Of a stretch of DNA of 64,000 bases, positions 47,699-57,230 are shown piece after piece. The notes below the pieces were generated by a model. The model had not been told where the DNA came from. It did not search any database and worked only from the letters and a program-made list of their open reading frames with translations. Origin of the DNA: an uncultured Chloroflexia bacterium (GTDB lineage Bacteria; Chloroflexota; Limnocylindria; Limnocylindrales; CSP1-4); assembly GCA_963829295.1 (NCBI GenBank), contig CAWHHU010000003.1, forward strand, positions 456,463 through 520,462. Direction: 5' to 3'. How positions within the stretch are numbered: position 1 is the stretch's first letter; every line of letters begins with the position of its first letter. The position numbers were made by a program, and so were the translations under genes.

Positions 47699-49207
47699 TC
47701 AGCCGTCGAGCCTGGCTGCCTCGGCGCGGAGGAGCTCCCACGCGCGCTCGACATGGCGGCGCTGCGTTCGCAGGTTGCTGACCGCCAGCCGGATCGTGAA
47801 CCGGTCGTGGAGCCGGGTGTGGGACAGGAACACCTCGCCCGTGGCGTTCACTGCGTTGAGCAGGCGCTCATTGAGATCGTCGAGCAGATCGGGCACGTCC
47901 GCTTCGCCCTCCTGGGGCGCGAGCGAGGCCGGGCGGTAGCGCAGGCAGACGGTCGAGAACGGGACCGGCGCCAGGCGCTCCCAGTCCGGGTCGGCGTCGA
48001 CCCAGGCGGCGAGCTCGGCGGCCAGGGCGAGATGGAACGCCAGCCGCCGTCGCAGACCCTCGAGCCCGAACCAGCGCAGCTGCATCCACAGCTTGAGGGC
48101 GCGCATCCGGCGCCCCAGCTGCGGCTGGTACTCGTTGTAGTCGAGCACCGGGTGCTCACGGTCGAGCGTCCGCAGGTACTCGGGAACGAGGCTGAACGCG
48201 GCTCGCACCTGGTCCATCCGGCGCGACAGGAGCAACGATGCGTCGAGCGGCGTGAACAGCCATTTGTGGGGATTGATCACGATCGAATCGGCGCGCTCCC
48301 AGCCCGCGAAGGGTGCCCGGCGATCTGGCATCAGCGCCACGACCCCCGCGTACGCGCTGTCGACATGGAGCCACACGCCCTCGCCTGCGGCGATGTCCGC
48401 GATCGCCGCCACAGGATCCACCGAGGTCGACGACGTCGTTCCGATCGTGGCCACGATCGCCACCGGTCGTCGTCCCGCCGCCCGATCCTCGTCGATCGCC
48501 GCGTGGAGCGCCGCCGGATCCAGCTCGTAGTCCGTGTTGGTGGGGATCCTGACCAGCGCCGATCGCCCAAGTCCCAGCGTCATGCACGCCTTGTCCACCG
48601 AGCTGTGCGCCTCGGCCGAAGCGTAGACGCGCGGCGCGGCGACCTCGGCACGACCGGCGAGGCCCTCCGCCGCCGCCTGGAGCCCGGCGGCCTCACGCGC
48701 GGCACCGAGCGCGATCAGCGTCGAGGTGGAGGCCGTGTCGGTGAGCATGCCGCCGAACTCCTCGGGCAGACCCAGGGCAGTCCGCAGCCAGTCGACGACG
48801 ACCGTCTCGAGCTCGGTCCCGATGGGCGAGGTGCGCCACAGCATGGGGTTCTGGCCCAGGGCCGCGGTCAGCATCTCCCCGAGGATCCCGGGGCTCGACG
48901 CCGACGTCGAGAAGTAGGCGAAGAAGCCGGGGTGCTGCCAGTGCGTCGCGTTGGGCAGGACGAGGCGGTCGAGGTCGGCCAGGATCGCTCCCATCGGCTC
49001 CGGGTCCTCGGGGGCCGTGCGGGGAAGCCGGGGACGGATCGAGCCCGGTTCGATGGGCGGCAGCACGGGATACCGCTCCACGGTTGCCAGGTAGTCGGCG
49101 ATCCGGTCGACGACGGCATGCGCCGCAGCCCGGAACGCCTCAGGGTCCATGTCGTTGACGCCGTCGACCTGCTCCGGATCGAGAGAGGTCCCGGACGGTT
49201 CGGTCAC
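47699..49207 (-). CDS. PLP-dependent aromatic amino-acid decarboxylase (group II)
   Basis: THWQHP.FFAYF, AHSSVDKA, WLHVDSAYAG, INPHKWL, GRRMRALKLW. Confidence 0.93.
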   Translation of the reverse strand: MTEPSGTSLDPEQVDGVNDMDPEAFRAAAHAVVDRIADYLATVERYPVLPPIEPGSIRPRLPRTAPEDPEPMGAILADLDRLVLPNATHWQHPGFFAYFSTSASSPGILGEMLTAALGQNPMLWRTSPIGTELETVVVDWLRTALGLPEEFGGMLTDTASTSTLIALGAAREAAGLQAAAEGLAGRAEVAAPRVYASAEAHSSVDKACMTLGLGRSALVRIPTNTDYELDPAALHAAIDEDRAAGRRPVAIVATIGTTSSTSVDPVAAIADIAAGEGVWLHVDSAYAGVVALMPDRRAPFAGWERADSIVINPHKWLFTPLDASLLLSRRMDQVRAAFSLVPEYLRTLDREHPVLDYNEYQPQLGRRMRALKLWMQLRWFGLEGLRRRLAFHLALAAELAAWVDADPDWERLAPVPFSTVCLRYRPASLAPQEGEADVPDLLDDLNERLLNAVNATGEVFLSHTRLHDRFTIRLAVSNLRTQRRHVERAWELLRAEAARLDG

Positions 49208-49274
49208 CCGATCAGTCTACCGGTGCTACCGATCAGGACATCCAATCCCGGGCCGGAGGGTGCTCCGCGCTGGC

Positions 49275-49997
49275 TCACCGTTGGTCGGGCTCGGCCGCCT
49301 GCGCTTCTGGCGGCAGGAACATGTAGCCGAGGCGCCGCTCCGTCCTGATGTACCGGGGATGATCCGGGTCATCGCCCAGCTTCTCCCGCAGCCGGCGGAT
49401 GTAGACCCGGATGTAGTCCACCTCATCCACGTACTCCCGGCCCCACACCTTCGCCAGCAGGGTGCCGTGCTGGAGGACGTGCCCAGCGTTCCGGATCAGG
49501 TGGTAGAGAAGCTTGTACTCGGTCGGGGTGAGCTCGATCCGCTCGCCCCGCAACCGTGCCTCGTGCGTCGCGTAGTCCACCTCGAGGTCACCGGACCGGA
49601 AGGAGGGCGTACGACTCGACGGAGCCGGCATGTCCAGGCGCCGCAGGACGGCCTTGACCCTGGCCATCAGCTCCAGGTGGTTGAACGGCTTCGTCACGTA
49701 GTCGTCGGCACCGAGCTCGAGGCCCTTGACCTTGTCCATCGCGTCATCCCGCGCGGTCAGCATGACAACGGGAACGTCGGAGAAGGCGCGGAGCTCCCGC
49801 AGCACCGCGAACCCGTCATCACCCGGAAGCCCAACGTCGAGCAGGACGATGTCAGGCCGCTGTCGCTCCACGATGTCGAGCGCGGCCTCACCGGTGCCGG
49901 CCCCCAGCACCTCGACCTCCCGCCACTGGAGCGTGAACCCGAGCTGGATCGACTCGACCACATCGGGCTCGTCGTCAACCACCAGGATGCGCATCAC
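49275..49997 (-). CDS. OmpR/PhoB-family response regulator
   Basis: LVVDD, LLDVGLP, LTAR, GADDYVTKPF, LTPTEY.LL, YIRRLREKL. Confidence 0.95.
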   Translation of the reverse strand: MMRILVVDDEPDVVESIQLGFTLQWREVEVLGAGTGEAALDIVERQRPDIVLLDVGLPGDDGFAVLRELRAFSDVPVVMLTARDDAMDKVKGLELGADDYVTKPFNHLELMARVKAVLRRLDMPAPSSRTPSFRSGDLEVDYATHEARLRGERIELTPTEYKLLYHLIRNAGHVLQHGTLLAKVWGREYVDEVDYIRVYIRRLREKLGDDPDHPRYIRTERRLGYMFLPPEAQAAEPDQR

Positions 49998-51118
49998 GGT
50001 TCGTCGTCCGGGCCTGAGGTCGGGACGACCAGGGTGAATGTGCTTCCCTGGCCGAGAGCGCTCCGGACCTCGATCGTACCGCCATGCGCCTGGGCAATGG
50101 CCAGAGCCGTGGGCAGGCCGAGGCCCACCCCTTCCTGGGGGCCCGAGCGATCATTGCGACCGACGAAGAACCGCTCGAACAGCCGGGCCTGATCCGTCTC
50201 CGAGATCCCCGGACCATCGTCGGTCACGCTCCAGGCGGTCATCAGCCCATGCTCCTCCACGCCAACGCTCACCGTCCCGCCATCGGGAGCGAAGCGCTGG
50301 GCGTTCGAGATCAGGTTCAGGAGCGCCTGCTCGAGACGTCGGTGGTCGCCGTACACCCGGTGGTCGCCGTACACCCGGTGGTCGCCCGTTGAGGATTGGA
50401 TCCGCTCGAGGTGCTGACCGTGCTGGGCGGCGAGCGGCGCGACGACGGCCATGGCCGAGTCGGCCATGGCGTTCGCGCTGAACCGGCGAAGCTGCAGGCT
50501 CACGCTCCCCGACCGGAACCTCGACAGCTCGAGGATGTCGGCGACGAGACGCTGCATGCGCTCGCCGTTGCGCTCGATCGACTGCAGTAGCGCCTGGCGC
50601 TGCTCCTCGGTCGGCTCGGCGGTCGGTTCGAGCAGGAGGCCGACGCTGGTGCGAACCGCCGTGAGTGGGGTCCGGAGCTCATGGGCGATCGTGGACAGCA
50701 GGTCGGTCCGCAGGCCTTCGAGCTCCGCGAGCGTCACCTGTGCGCCCCCGTTCAGTCCGTCGGTCGCGTAGCGGTTCCCGAGCGTCGTCGCGACGAACCG
50801 GGCGGCGCCGCCAGTCCGCTGCGTGACGCGGATGAGCCCGAGGTCCACGAGATCGTCGAGGAGGCGTTCCGCCGTGTGCGGATGCAGCTCGGCGCCGCTC
50901 GCAGCGAAGCGGCGCTCGAGATCGGCGGCGGTCACCGAGGGCGGCACAAGGGCCAGGGCGGCGTGGAGCAACGCCGAGGGCTTCACCAGGTCAGCGCCAC
51001 GGGCGAGCTCAGCCGGGCTCCCCGAACCGTCGTCCGTCCGTTTGCGAGCCATGCGTTCGAGGATAGCCCCGGCCTCCTGCTCCGGCACGACCCGGATGGC
51101 GGCCCGGGGATCGCCCAT
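49994..51118 (-). CDS. Cytoplasmic histidine kinase with winged-helix-like N-terminus
   Basis: AHELRTPL, LLNLISNA, VTDDGPG, GLGL; no TM segment. Confidence 0.9.
   Translation of the reverse strand: MGDPRAAIRVVPEQEAGAILERMARKRTDDGSGSPAELARGADLVKPSALLHAALALVPPSVTAADLERRFAASGAELHPHTAERLLDDLVDLGLIRVTQRTGGAARFVATTLGNRYATDGLNGGAQVTLAELEGLRTDLLSTIAHELRTPLTAVRTSVGLLLEPTAEPTEEQRQALLQSIERNGERMQRLVADILELSRFRSGSVSLQLRRFSANAMADSAMAVVAPLAAQHGQHLERIQSSTGDHRVYGDHRVYGDHRRLEQALLNLISNAQRFAPDGGTVSVGVEEHGLMTAWSVTDDGPGISETDQARLFERFFVGRNDRSGPQEGVGLGLPTALAIAQAHGGTIEVRSALGQGSTFTLVVPTSGPDDEP
50340..50386 (-). repeat. In-frame 18-bp tandem duplication (GDHRVY x2.6)
   Basis: CGGTGGTCGCCGTACACC at 50340 and 50358, partial copy at 50376. 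Confidence 0.9.
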
Positions 51119-51147
51119 GGCCCACCGGCCGCCCGCATGAACGGCGT

Positions 51148-51195
51148 GTCCATCCTGCCGGCCACGATGTTCACGTCCCGTTCATGTTCGTCCAT
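51148..51195 (+). promoter_or_regulatory. GT(T/C)CA direct repeats, candidate OmpR-family binding site
   Basis: GTTCAC 51169 and GTTCAT 51180 (11-bp period); GTCCAT 51148 and 51190. Confidence 0.35.
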
Positions 51196-51267
51196 GCCTT
51201 CGTTTCCGGACCCGGACGAGGCTTTGAGGAGGTCAACGGCCCCGACCGCATCGCCTGGAGATCATTG

Positions 51268-52557
51268 ATGGCCACGGATATCGCCCCTCGAATTGCCATC
51301 GCCCACCGCACCACCGGACAGGACGCCCTCGCCGCGGCGCTCACGCAGTTCGACGCCGCCGCCGAGCACCTCGACCTGGAGTCTGACCTGCGCGCGATCC
51401 TCCGTGCCCCGCACCGCGAGTACACGGTGCGGTTTCCGGTCGCGATGGATGACGGGACCGTGCGCGTGTTCACCGGCTACCGGGTGCAGCACAACGTGGC
51501 TCGTGGCCCGGCGAAGGGCGGACTCCGGTACCACCCGCAGACCGATCTCGACGACGTCCGGGCGCTGGCGATGTGGATGACCTGGAAGTGCGCGCTCGCG
51601 GATGTGCCCTTCGGCGGCGCGAAAGGGGGCGTGACCTGCGACCCGCAGGCGATGAGCGGCAAGGAGGTCGAAGCCCTGACCCGACGCTTTGCCACGGAGA
51701 TGGAGCCCATCGTCGGACCGGAGTCGGATATCCCGGCCCCCGACGTCGGCACCAACGCGCAGGTGATGGCCTGGTTCATGGACACGGTATCGATGCACAA
51801 GGGCTACTCCGTGCCCGGCGTGGTCACCGGCAAGCCGCTCGCCATCGGGGGTTCCGTTGGCCGCCAGGACGCGACGGGACAGGGTGTCGTCTACACGATC
51901 CACGACGTCGCCCACCGTCTTGGCCTCAGCGTCGAGGGGGCGACCGTCGCCGTCCAGGGCTTCGGGAACGTGGGCGAGGCAACTGCCCGCCTGCTGGCCG
52001 AGGATGGCGCCAGGGTCGTGGCGGTCACCGATGTCGGCGGCGGCGCGTACGACCCCGACGGCCTGGACGTTGCCGAGCTGGCGCGGCGGTTCCGTGCCTA
52101 TGGCACCGTGGCGGGCTCGCCGGGCACCCAGCTCATCGACAACGAGTCCCTGTTCGGGCTCGACGTGGACGTTCTGGTGCTGGCCGCGCTCGAGGGGCAG
52201 ATCACGTCCGCCAACGCCGACCGCGTTCGAGCACGGATCCTTGCCGAGGGCGCGAACGGCCCGACCGATCCATCGGCCGACCCGATCCTCTCGGCGAACA
52301 ACGTGACCGTGATCCCCGACATCCTGTGCAACGCCGGCGGCGTGATCGCGAGCTACTTCGAATGGGCGCAGAACCGGTCGGCCCTCGCGTGGACGCGCGA
52401 TGAGGTCAACGACCGGCTCCGCCGTCAGATCCTCTCGGCCGCGGACGCGGTGTGGCAACGCGCCGCGGCCGACGGGATCACGCCTCGCCTGGCCGCGAAC
52501 GCGATCGCCGTCGGCCGTGTCGCCACGGCCACCCGACTCCGCGGCCTCTATCCCTGA
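51268..52557 (+). CDS. gdhA: Glutamate dehydrogenase (Glu/Leu/Phe/Val dehydrogenase family)
   Basis: GPAKGGLRYHP, MTWKCA, GGAKGG, DIPAPDV, VQGFGNVG, EGANGP, NAGGV..SYFEW. Confidence 0.95.
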   Translation: MATDIAPRIAIAHRTTGQDALAAALTQFDAAAEHLDLESDLRAILRAPHREYTVRFPVAMDDGTVRVFTGYRVQHNVARGPAKGGLRYHPQTDLDDVRALAMWMTWKCALADVPFGGAKGGVTCDPQAMSGKEVEALTRRFATEMEPIVGPESDIPAPDVGTNAQVMAWFMDTVSMHKGYSVPGVVTGKPLAIGGSVGRQDATGQGVVYTIHDVAHRLGLSVEGATVAVQGFGNVGEATARLLAEDGARVVAVTDVGGGAYDPDGLDVAELARRFRAYGTVAGSPGTQLIDNESLFGLDVDVLVLAALEGQITSANADRVRARILAEGANGPTDPSADPILSANNVTVIPDILCNAGGVIASYFEWAQNRSALAWTRDEVNDRLRRQILSAADAVWQRAAADGITPRLAANAIAVGRVATATRLRGLYP

Positions 52558-52591
52558 TCCCAATCGGTCGACCCTAGATCGGAGGCACCGC

Positions 52592-52843
52592 ATGCACACC
52601 TACGCCAGTCCTCGCCGCGGCCACTGCGCCTCGTGCGACGGCACCATCACCGGACGTCCCGTGTATCGGATGGACGAGGCGTACTGCTGCCTCGGCTGTG
52701 CGCAGGGGGGCCCCTGCATCTGCACCTACGAGCAGGACCTTGCGAACGACGGCGTTGACCATCTCGGTCTGCCGTTCGCCATGGAGCCGGCCACAGCGGA
52801 AGTCGCCGCCGAAGCCGACACCCAGGAGGTCGCCGTCGGATAG
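52592..52843 (+). CDS. Small Cys-rich metal-binding protein, bacterial metallothionein-like
   Basis: CASC...YCCLGCAQGGPCIC; GGAGG RBS; acidic tail. Confidence 0.7.
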   Translation: MHTYASPRRGHCASCDGTITGRPVYRMDEAYCCLGCAQGGPCICTYEQDLANDGVDHLGLPFAMEPATAEVAAEADTQEVAVG

Positions 52844-52883
52844 CGGGTGCACCCATCCGCGATCCCGGAAGACGCCCAGCTCC

Positions 52884-53906
52884 TCAGGGGCTGGGCGTCT
52901 TCGCGTCCGATGCGCCTGCCGCTGGTGCCCGTCGCGACCGTGATCGGGCTGGCACGAGGACGCGCAGAGCTCCCGGGAGACACTCGGCCTCGAGCGATGC
53001 CGTGCCCACCAGGTCGCCGTCGACCTCGATCGGCGTCGCGGCAGCGCCCTCGACACGGACCGAGCGCGCTCGCAGCCGGCGAGCGTGGCCGCTGTCCGGT
53101 CGCCCTGTCCCCCGCCGCACGACCGCCTCGAGGCCGCCCAGGATCGCCGCGAGCATCCCATCGCCCTCGACCACGATCAGGTCGAGCAGGCCATCGGCCG
53201 GATCGATCCGGTGCGCCGGCCGCAGGACCCCCGGGATGAGCTCCCCGCTGTTGGCGACCAGGACCTCGATCGCCTGCAGATCAACCGCCTCGCCGTCCGC
53301 CACGATCCGCGTCGCCACGCCTGGCGTGTTGCGCAGCAGCCCGAGCGCCGTCGCGAAGTAGGCGTAGCGGCCGATCCGTCGCTTGGCGCCGTCGCCGGTG
53401 GCGGCCATCACCCGGGCGTCGAAGCCCATGCCGGCCGCCACCACGAAGACTCGCCACTCGCTCTCGACACGGTCCGACATGCCCCAGCGCGCGATGCCCA
53501 GGTCGACGCGCCTGACCCGGGCGCCGGGCAGCGAGCGGGCCGCCCGCCGAGGGTCGAGCGGGATCCGGAGCGAGCCGGCGAACAGGTTCGCCGTGCCGAC
53601 GGGAATGATCGCCAGCGGCACGTCACGTCCGGACAGGACGGCCGCGAGATCGCGCACCGTCCCGTCACCACCCACCGCCACCACCAGCCCGACGCCATCG
53701 TCGAGGGCAGCCCTCACGCGCCGCACCATCGTGTCCCGGTTCGCATCGACCAGGAGCCCGGGCTCCAGCCCCGTTCGCGCGACGACCGATCGACGCACCT
53801 CGGCGAGGATCCCGTCGCGGCGCTTCGGGTCGCTGAGCCGCGAGGCCCGGGGGTTGACGGCAATGACGGCCGCCACCGGCAGCGCTCGCGATTCCGCACG
53901 CTCCAT
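52884..53906 (-). CDS. Diacylglycerol-kinase-family lipid kinase
   Basis: VNPRAS, GGDGTV, IPVGTANLFA, GMGFDA, EVDGD. Confidence 0.92.
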   Translation of the reverse strand: MERAESRALPVAAVIAVNPRASRLSDPKRRDGILAEVRRSVVARTGLEPGLLVDANRDTMVRRVRAALDDGVGLVVAVGGDGTVRDLAAVLSGRDVPLAIIPVGTANLFAGSLRIPLDPRRAARSLPGARVRRVDLGIARWGMSDRVESEWRVFVVAAGMGFDARVMAATGDGAKRRIGRYAYFATALGLLRNTPGVATRIVADGEAVDLQAIEVLVANSGELIPGVLRPAHRIDPADGLLDLIVVEGDGMLAAILGGLEAVVRRGTGRPDSGHARRLRARSVRVEGAAATPIEVDGDLVGTASLEAECLPGALRVLVPARSRSRRAPAAGASDAKTPSP

Positions 53907-54047
53907 GGGGCCATTGTGCCCGGGGACCGGGCCCGGAGCGTCCCGCACGTATGCGCGGGGGGCCCGTCCCTGGGCGCTACCCTCGCGCCGGTGATCCACT
54001 CGCGCTCACCGGCTCGGGCAACCGATCGCGGGCCGACCTCGCAGATG

Positions 54048-54326
54048 TCACGAGCCCAGTCGCTGCTCGACCTCGTCCACGATGCCCACCACCACCGTCC
54101 GCAGCGGCCCGTGGGTTGCGCCCACGATCTGGCGCGCCGAGTTGCCCTCGTCGAGGATCAGCACGAGCTCGCCGGCGCCCGCGCCAACGGTGTCCACCGC
54201 GATCAGGTACCCACCCGCGGGCGCACCCGAGGGGTCCACCAGGTCACACAGCAGCAGGGTGCGGTCCTCGAAGATGGGCGAGGTGATCGTCGACACGACG
54301 GTGCCCACGACCTGTCCGAGCTTCAA
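54048..54326 (-). CDS. BMC pentamer vertex protein (EutN/CcmL)
   Basis: LGQVVGTVVST, AVDTVGAGAGE.V, VVGIVD; TTG start overlapping the upstream stop. Confidence 0.92.
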   Translation of the reverse strand: MKLGQVVGTVVSTITSPIFEDRTLLLCDLVDPSGAPAGGYLIAVDTVGAGAGELVLILDEGNSARQIVGATHGPLRTVVVGIVDEVEQRLGS

Positions 54327-54607
54327 CGGTCGCCTCCCCGCAGCGCCTCGACCGCGTCCACGATGCCCACGATCGCGTGGTCGACCGGCACGAACCGCTC
54401 CTCCATGGCCTCCGCCGCCTCCCGGGCGCCGACGATGTACACCAGCTCCCCGGGACCGGCCATGTGCACGGCATCGCCCGCCACGACCGGGGTCCCGATG
54501 TCGGTCAGCTGGCGGGTCAGGGGCTGGACGATCAACAGCCGCACGCCCTCGAGCCCGGGGGCCTTCACGGTCGCCACGACGGTGCCGATCACCCGCGCGA
54601 GCTGCAT
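54323..54607 (-). CDS. BMC pentamer vertex protein (EutN/CcmL)
   Basis: MQLARVIGTVVAT.K, D.V..GPGE.V, VDHAIVGIVD. Confidence 0.93.
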   Translation of the reverse strand: MQLARVIGTVVATVKAPGLEGVRLLIVQPLTRQLTDIGTPVVAGDAVHMAGPGELVYIVGAREAAEAMEERFVPVDHAIVGIVDAVEALRGGDR

Positions 54608-54610
54608 CGA

Positions 54611-55372
54611 TCAGGCCCTCGGGCCGGCGATCCGCGCATGGAAGCGCGGGTCGGCTCGCAGCTCGTCGCGGAGCTCGGCGTGGAGCTGCGAGATCACGCG
54701 CGAGATCGGGGCCCGGCGGCCGCCGGCGGGTGAACCCGGCACGCCGGGATCGATGACCCGCTCGCAGCCGATCGCGACCGCCGCCTCCACCTCGGCCACC
54801 GGCCCGTCGAACAGCAGGTAGCCCTTGCCACCGAGGTCGTCGCCCAGCCGCATGTCGAGCAGCCGCACCCGTGCGCCCTTGACCCCGGCATCCGCCGCCA
54901 CGATGGTGGCCGCGACCGACCACGTCTCAACGATCCCCAGCGCCTCGCCCTCACTCTCCTGGCGCTGCCCGCGCAGCGCCGCGACGACCTGATCGTGAAC
55001 GTTGGGCAGGTAGACCGAGTCCACGATGCACGGGCCACCGACGGCACGCCCGGCGTCGAACGCCTCCTCGACGTCACCGACCGTGCCCCCCACCAGGACC
55101 AGGTAGCGACCCGGGTGGATCGTGCCGGCCCGCAGCATGTCGACCGGCGCCCGTTTGACCATGGCGTCGCCGGCCTCGATCCCGACCGCGATCGAATCGA
55201 GCTCGAGCAGCGCGATCGCGGGCTGCATCGCGTCGGCGGCGGACGACGCGCCGGCGGCGGATGCGCCGGCGGGCGATGCGCCGGCGGCGCTCCTCGCGCG
55301 AGAGCGAGCCAGGGTCCTCGCGCTGGAGGCGTTCGTCGCGCTGGAGCCGGTTCGTGCTCGGGCGTCGGTCAT
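54611..55372 (-). CDS. Tandem-domain BMC shell protein, PduT-like, with a possible 48-aa low-complexity N-terminal extension
   Basis: AIALLELDSIA.G...GDAMVK...TIHPGRY; second domain ALGIVET.SVAA...AAD..VK; alternative start at 55228. Confidence 0.88.
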   Translation of the reverse strand: MTDARARTGSSATNASSARTLARSRARSAAGASPAGASAAGASSAADAMQPAIALLELDSIAVGIEAGDAMVKRAPVDMLRAGTIHPGRYLVLVGGTVGDVEEAFDAGRAVGGPCIVDSVYLPNVHDQVVAALRGQRQESEGEALGIVETWSVAATIVAADAGVKGARVRLLDMRLGDDLGGKGYLLFDGPVAEVEAAVAIGCERVIDPGVPGSPAGGRRAPISRVISQLHAELRDELRADPRFHARIAGPRA

Positions 55373-56823
55373 CACACGATCCGCAGCGCGCCGACGACGG
55401 TGATCCGGCGCTCGCGTGAGAAGGTCCGCGGCCGGGTCATCCCGTCCCCCGATGGGCTCGCGATGGACATCGTGGCAAAGCCCTCGCCGCCCTCGCCCAG
55501 CCCCGAGAAGTTCGGTCCGTTGGTGACGAAGATCGAGCAGTTCATCGCGCGCGCCATGCGGGTGATCACCTCGACATTGGTGGAATGAATCGAGGCCGTG
55601 TGGCGGAAGCCGTGCTCGGACCGGACGGCGAGGTCGATCGCGCGGTCCACGTCCGGCACCCTGACCACGGGCAGCACCGGCATCATCTGCTCGGTCCACA
55701 CCAGGCTGTGCTCGACCGGCACCTCGGCGACCAGCAGTCGCGGCTCCACGGCCGGCCGAACCCCGATCTCGGCCAGGATCCGTGCCGCGTCGCGGCCGAT
55801 CCAGGCGGGGTTCACATGGCCGGGCTTGCCCGGCGCCCCGAGCTCGGTGAAGATCACGCGCTCCAGCCGCCGCAGCTCGTGCTCCGCGAGGACGTAGCCG
55901 CCGCTGTTGCCCATGGCCCGCACGAGCCGGTCACCGACCGACGAGACCACGATCGCGGTCTTCTCGTCGGTGCACACGATGTTGTTGTCGAACGAGGCAC
56001 CGCGCACGATGTCGGCGGCGGCACGCTCGACATCGGCGGTCTCATCGACGACGGCCGGCGGGTTGCCGGGGCCGGCGGTGATCGCTCGCTTGTTGGTCTT
56101 GAGCGCCTCGCGCACGACCCCCGGGCCGCCGGTGACCAGCAGCAGGCGGACGTCGGGGTTCGCCATCAGCGCCCGCGCGCTCTCGATGGTGGGCTCAACC
56201 GTGGACACCACGAAGTTCGGCGGGCCGCCGGCGGCCAGGATCGCCCGATTAAGCAGGCGGACCACGGCGTTGGACGATCGGCGCGCGTTGGGGTGCGGGT
56301 TGAACACTACCGCGTTGCCGGCCGAGACGATGCTGATCGCATTGTTGATGACCGTCGAGGTCGGGTTGGTGACGGGCGTGATCGCCCCCACCACCCCGAA
56401 CGGGGCGAACTCCGTGATCATCATCCCGCGGGACCCGGACACCGCCTGGACCTCGAGGTCCTCTGGCCCCGGCGCCTTGCTGGCCACCAGCCGGTTCTTG
56501 ACGATCTTGTCCTCGATCCGCCCGAGCCCGGTCTCCTCGCGGGCGAGGCGGGCCAGCATCTCCGCCTGGTCGAGCGCGGCGCTCCGGACGGCGTTGATGA
56601 TGACCTTGCGCTGGTCGAGCTCGAGCGGCGCAGCGCGGTAGGCTGCCGACGCCGCCTGCACCGCGTCATCGAGGGTCGCGAACACGCCGTCCCCGACCTG
56701 GTTCACCGAAGGGGCGGCGAGCTCGGCCTGCACGGCCATCCGCCGGGCGCCCTGGGGGTCGGGCGATCCGACACGCCGGCGCACCCGTTCGATGATGTCT
56801 TCGATCTCGCGTTCGTCGAACAC
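55372..56823 (-). CDS. CoA-acylating aldehyde dehydrogenase (EutE/PduP-like) with N-terminal encapsulation peptide
   Basis: PVTNPTST, VTGGPGVV, AGPGNPP, FDNNIVCTDEK, EQMMP, EHGFRHTA. Confidence 0.93.
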   Translation of the reverse strand: MFDEREIEDIIERVRRRVGSPDPQGARRMAVQAELAAPSVNQVGDGVFATLDDAVQAASAAYRAAPLELDQRKVIINAVRSAALDQAEMLARLAREETGLGRIEDKIVKNRLVASKAPGPEDLEVQAVSGSRGMMITEFAPFGVVGAITPVTNPTSTVINNAISIVSAGNAVVFNPHPNARRSSNAVVRLLNRAILAAGGPPNFVVSTVEPTIESARALMANPDVRLLLVTGGPGVVREALKTNKRAITAGPGNPPAVVDETADVERAAADIVRGASFDNNIVCTDEKTAIVVSSVGDRLVRAMGNSGGYVLAEHELRRLERVIFTELGAPGKPGHVNPAWIGRDAARILAEIGVRPAVEPRLLVAEVPVEHSLVWTEQMMPVLPVVRVPDVDRAIDLAVRSEHGFRHTASIHSTNVEVITRMARAMNCSIFVTNGPNFSGLGEGGEGFATMSIASPSGDGMTRPRTFSRERRITVVGALRIV

Positions 56824-56863
56824 GCTGCTCGTTCCTTCGGCTCGCGGGCCAGGTGCCCGCTGG

Positions 56864-57151
56864 CTACTTGTGGTAGATCTCCGAGCCGCCGATCTCCCAC
56901 GTGTCGACGATCGCCATGATCACCGCATCGCAGGGCCGGTCCCTGGTGACCTCCGTCTGGCGCGCCGAGCTGCCGCTCGCGTACAGCACCACCTCGCCGA
57001 CGCCGGCTCCCACCGTGTCGACGCCCACGACATACCCGCCGGTCGGCTGGTTGTCCGCGCCGAGCTGCTGCACGAGCAGCAGCCGCCAGCCCTCCATCAG
57101 CGGCTCCTTGCGGCTGGCAACGACCGTGCCGGCAATGCGTCCCAGAAGCAT
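56864..57151 (-). CDS. BMC pentamer vertex protein (EutN/CcmL)
   Basis: [24 protein letters not shown]...[14 protein letters not shown]. Confidence 0.93.
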   Translation of the reverse strand: MLLGRIAGTVVASRKEPLMEGWRLLLVQQLGADNQPTGGYVVGVDTVGAGVGEVVLYASGSSARQTEVTRDRPCDAVIMAIVDTWEIGGSEIYHK

Positions 57152-57182
57152 TCGGTCCTCTCCGGCCTCTCCGGCCTGGTTC

Positions 57183-57208
57183 CGGGGCGGCCGTCGCCGG
57201 CCGCCCCG
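57183..57208. other. Intercistronic GC-rich stem-loop downstream of the hexamer gene
   Basis: CGGGGCGGCC-N6-GGCCGCCCCG perfect 10-bp stem. Confidence 0.7.
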
Positions 57209-57230
57209 CAAGGGTCCTGTGGCTGCGGGC

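Noticed and set aside
53085-54821. 578-aa plus-strand ORF
   Set aside because: Antisense shadow of the lipid kinase and pentamer genes
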